Positions 61,473 to 64,000 of a stretch of 64,000 nucleotides of DNA are shown here, piece after piece. How positions within the stretch are numbered: the first letter of the stretch is position 1; each line of letters opens with the position of its first letter. The notes under the pieces are model-generated. The model was not told the origin of the DNA. It did not search any database and saw only the letters and a program-made list of their open reading frames with translations. Both the position numbers and the translations under genes were made by a program. The stretch is from assembly GCA_050951845.1 (NCBI GenBank), contig JBMNJV010000002.1, forward strand, positions 73,447-137,446, given 5' to 3'. The stretch comes from Saccharofermentanales bacterium (GTDB lineage Bacteria > Bacillota > Clostridia > Saccharofermentanales > DTU023).

Positions 61473-62336
61473 TTAACAGCCTTTCATCTCCAGATGATTG
61501 CGATAAGCAAGCAGAGTGTTTTCAAGCAAAACAGCTATTGTCATCGGACCGACACCGCCGGGAACCGGGCTGATCGCCTTAACCAGAGGTTCAACACTGG
61601 CAAAATCCACATCCCCTACTACTTTCCCGTCTGCATTGCGATTAATTGAAACATCGATGATTACCTGCTCCGGATTAGTAAATTCTGGTGTTATAAAATT
61701 TGCTTTTCCCGCCGAAGTAACCAGGAGATCTGCCTGACGACTCAATTCTGCTATATTTTGCGTTTTTGAATGTGCAATGGTGACAGTACAATTTTCATTT
61801 AAGAGCAAAATCGCTGTCGGCTTGCCCACAATATTACTTCGTCCGATAACTAAAGCCTTTTTACCGGTAAACTGATAATCGATGCTCTGCAACATTTTCA
61901 CGATACCTGCAGCCGTACAGGGTAATAAAGATTTAATACCGGAAAATAAACGTCCGGAATTTTCAGGATGAAAACCGTCGACATCTTTACCGGGGTCGAT
62001 CGCTTCAATCACTTCTTGTTTCGGCAAATGATCAGGTAGAGGTAATTGACAAAGAATTCCGTCAACTGAGGAATCCCGGTTTAATTTTAAAATCAGGTCC
62101 AGCAAATCCTCTTTGGCAATATCCGCACGAAGTTTATAGATCGTTGATTCAAAACCAACTTCTTCACATGCTTTGCCTTTGTTACGCACATATATTTGTG
62201 AAGCGGGATCATTTCCGACTAAAATTACGGATAATCCCGGTTTGCGTAGACCTTGTCCAACATATTGCTCAACTTGTTTGCGAATATTCTGTCGCAAATT
62301 ATTCGCGATTAATTTACCGTCAATTATTTGTGCCAT
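61473..62336 (-). CDS. folD: Methylenetetrahydrofolate dehydrogenase/cyclohydrolase
   Basis: YVRNK, QLPLP, KDVDG, GRSNIVGKP, PVPGGVGPMT. Confidence 0.97.
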   Translation of the reverse strand: MAQIIDGKLIANNLRQNIRKQVEQYVGQGLRKPGLSVILVGNDPASQIYVRNKGKACEEVGFESTIYKLRADIAKEDLLDLILKLNRDSSVDGILCQLPLPDHLPKQEVIEAIDPGKDVDGFHPENSGRLFSGIKSLLPCTAAGIVKMLQSIDYQFTGKKALVIGRSNIVGKPTAILLLNENCTVTIAHSKTQNIAELSRQADLLVTSAGKANFITPEFTNPEQVIIDVSINRNADGKVVGDVDFASVEPLVKAISPVPGGVGPMTIAVLLENTLLAYRNHLEMKGC

Positions 62337-62377
62337 GCATATTCCTTTACTTTCGGATTAATTCTAAACGCTTGAGT

Positions 62378-64000
62378 TTAAATTAAATCATCTTCCGGCA
62401 ATGCTGCAAAATACTCTTGTGGTGTTATCAAAACCTTACGCGGTTTACTGCCTTCAAAAGGTCCGATAATATTTAATTCATACAGCCGATCGATAATCCT
62501 TGCAGCTCTGGGATAACCGATGCTTAATCTTCGCTGCAATAATGAGATAGAGGCATATTCCGCTTCGATCACCAACTTAATTGCATCTTCAAGTAATTCA
62601 TCCTCTTCAGAGTCCTGATTTAAAGCAGCCGCAGGTCCCGAACCGCCGGAACTGACATTCTCAATTGCTTCTGCCACAGATTCATCATAAGCAGTTTCAT
62701 ATATGCCTTTCAAATAGCGGATTACGCGTTCAACTTCCGCATCAGTTACAAATCCGCCCTGTCCGCGTTGAGGTTTAGAAGCACTTTGCGGATAATAAAG
62801 CATATCTCCCTTACCTAACAATTTTTCTGCTCCGCCCATATCCAAAATTGTGCGGGAATCCACTTGTGAAGCTACTGTAAATGCTATTCTTGAGGGAATA
62901 TTCGCCTTAATTACTCCCGTAATAACATCTACCGACGGCCTTTGCGTTGCAATTATCAAATGAATACCGGCAGCCCTTGCCATTGCGGTCAGTCTGGCAA
63001 TAGCTTCTTCAACTTCAGTCGGAGTCGTTGCCATTAAATCACTTAATTCGTCAATTATGATCAGAATATACGAGAGTTTTTCACCTTCAATTTGACCTGA
63101 TTCGATTAAGGTATTATATGCAGTAAAATCCCGGACTGAATTTTCCGCAAATTTTTCATAGCGTTTTTCCATTTCCGTAACTGCCCAATTCAATGCACCG
63201 TAAGCTTTCTTCGGATCGGTTACCACAGGTTGCAGCAAATGCGGAATTCCGTTATAAATATTCAGTTCAACTACTTTCGGATCAATCATAATCATTCTCA
63301 GATCAGCGGGACCGGAACGATAAAGTAATGAAATAATAATTGCGTTAAGGCAAACGGATTTCCCCGAGCCGGTTGCACCGGCTATTAAGAGATGAGGCAT
63401 TTTTTGCAAATCACACAATATTTCATTGCCTTGAATATCTCTTCCGATACCTGCAGTCAATTTCGACTCAGCTGTTTTGAAGGCAGACGATTCAATAATT
63501 CCCCGGAGAAGAACCGGTTGAGTTTCTTTGTTCGGAATTTCAATACCTATCGCCGATTTACCCGGTATCGGTGCTTCAATTCTCACACCGATCGCAGCCA
63601 ATGCTAAAGCAATATCATCAGCTAAATTAGTAATTCTGGATACTTTGACACCGGGACCGGGAGATAATTCAAAGCGAGTTATCGTAGGTCCGGTAGTATA
63701 GTTTATCACCTTGGCATCTACACCGAAATCGGTCAGGGTTTGCTCCAATCTGGCTCCCAATCTGCGAATTTCGTTCACATTTGTAGAATCTTGTCCGTTT
63801 TTCGGATCCGCATTTAACAAATTAATCGGCGGAGCAATATATTTATCGGTCAAAGCAATTTGCTTTTGTTTTCTGAAGCTCGGTTTCGGAATATTCACCT
63901 TAGCCAAATTCTCACTGCGATCTTCCCAATGCGCTCTGCCTTGCTCTTCAACATGATCAAGTTCAGCTTCAGTGATTTCAATTGATTGTTCAGCAGGTCG
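62378..64000 (-). CDS. ftsK: DNA translocase FtsK/SpoIIIE, N-terminus outside the window
   Basis: PHLLIAGATGSGKS, IDELSDLM, ATQRPSVDV, gamma domain LQRRL.IGY.RA; the frame stays open to position 64000. Confidence 0.96.
   Translation of the reverse strand, partial: RPAEQSIEITEAELDHVEEQGRAHWEDRSENLAKVNIPKPSFRKQKQIALTDKYIAPPINLLNADPKNGQDSTNVNEIRRLGARLEQTLTDFGVDAKVINYTTGPTITRFELSPGPGVKVSRITNLADDIALALAAIGVRIEAPIPGKSAIGIEIPNKETQPVLLRGIIESSAFKTAESKLTAGIGRDIQGNEILCDLQKMPHLLIAGATGSGKSVCLNAIIISLLYRSGPADLRMIMIDPKVVELNIYNGIPHLLQPVVTDPKKAYGALNWAVTEMEKRYEKFAENSVRDFTAYNTLIESGQIEGEKLSYILIIIDELSDLMATTPTEVEEAIARLTAMARAAGIHLIIATQRPSVDVITGVIKANIPSRIAFTVASQVDSRTILDMGGAEKLLGKGDMLYYPQSASKPQRGQGGFVTDAEVERVIRYLKGIYETAYDESVAEAIENVSSGGSGPAAALNQDSEEDELLEDAIKLVIEAEYASISLLQRRLSIGYPRAARIIDRLYELNIIGPFEGSKPRKVLITPQEYFAALPEDDLI

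Overview
AT-rich chromosome segment of a Clostridia-like Firmicute. The lineage is inferred from gene content and order, not from a database search. Most of the window is conserved core genome on the minus strand: ftsK(partial)-folD-cinA-recA-recX-rimO-pgsA, acpP-rnc-smc-ftsY-ylxM-ffh-rpsP-khpA-rimM-trmD-rplS-rbgA-rnhB/yraN, gntR-iscS-thiI-glyA-rarA, mglBAC-galK, pta-ackA-rpmF-der-typA-mltG-U32, and glgP. The left end is accessory: two tandem BspA-like LRR surface proteins with SH3b-like anchor repeats (one missed by the ORF track), a divergent sortase, azlCD, and a PTS-EIIC-like gene split by one in-frame TAA. No transposase, integrase, cas gene, tRNA or rRNA was seen. The most unusual signal is a non-coding family of 91-92-bp units, each a 58-bp hairpin plus a conserved linker. 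It forms tandem arrays at 14188-14449 and 49613-49943 in opposite orientations, with a second arm type in register at 49886 and alone at 29072. Other points: a probable ATA start for thiI, an amplified Shine-Dalgarno VNTR in azlC, an RNase HII-YraN fusion, and a partial flavin-export/flavinylation module (apbE plus eetA/eetB-like genes).
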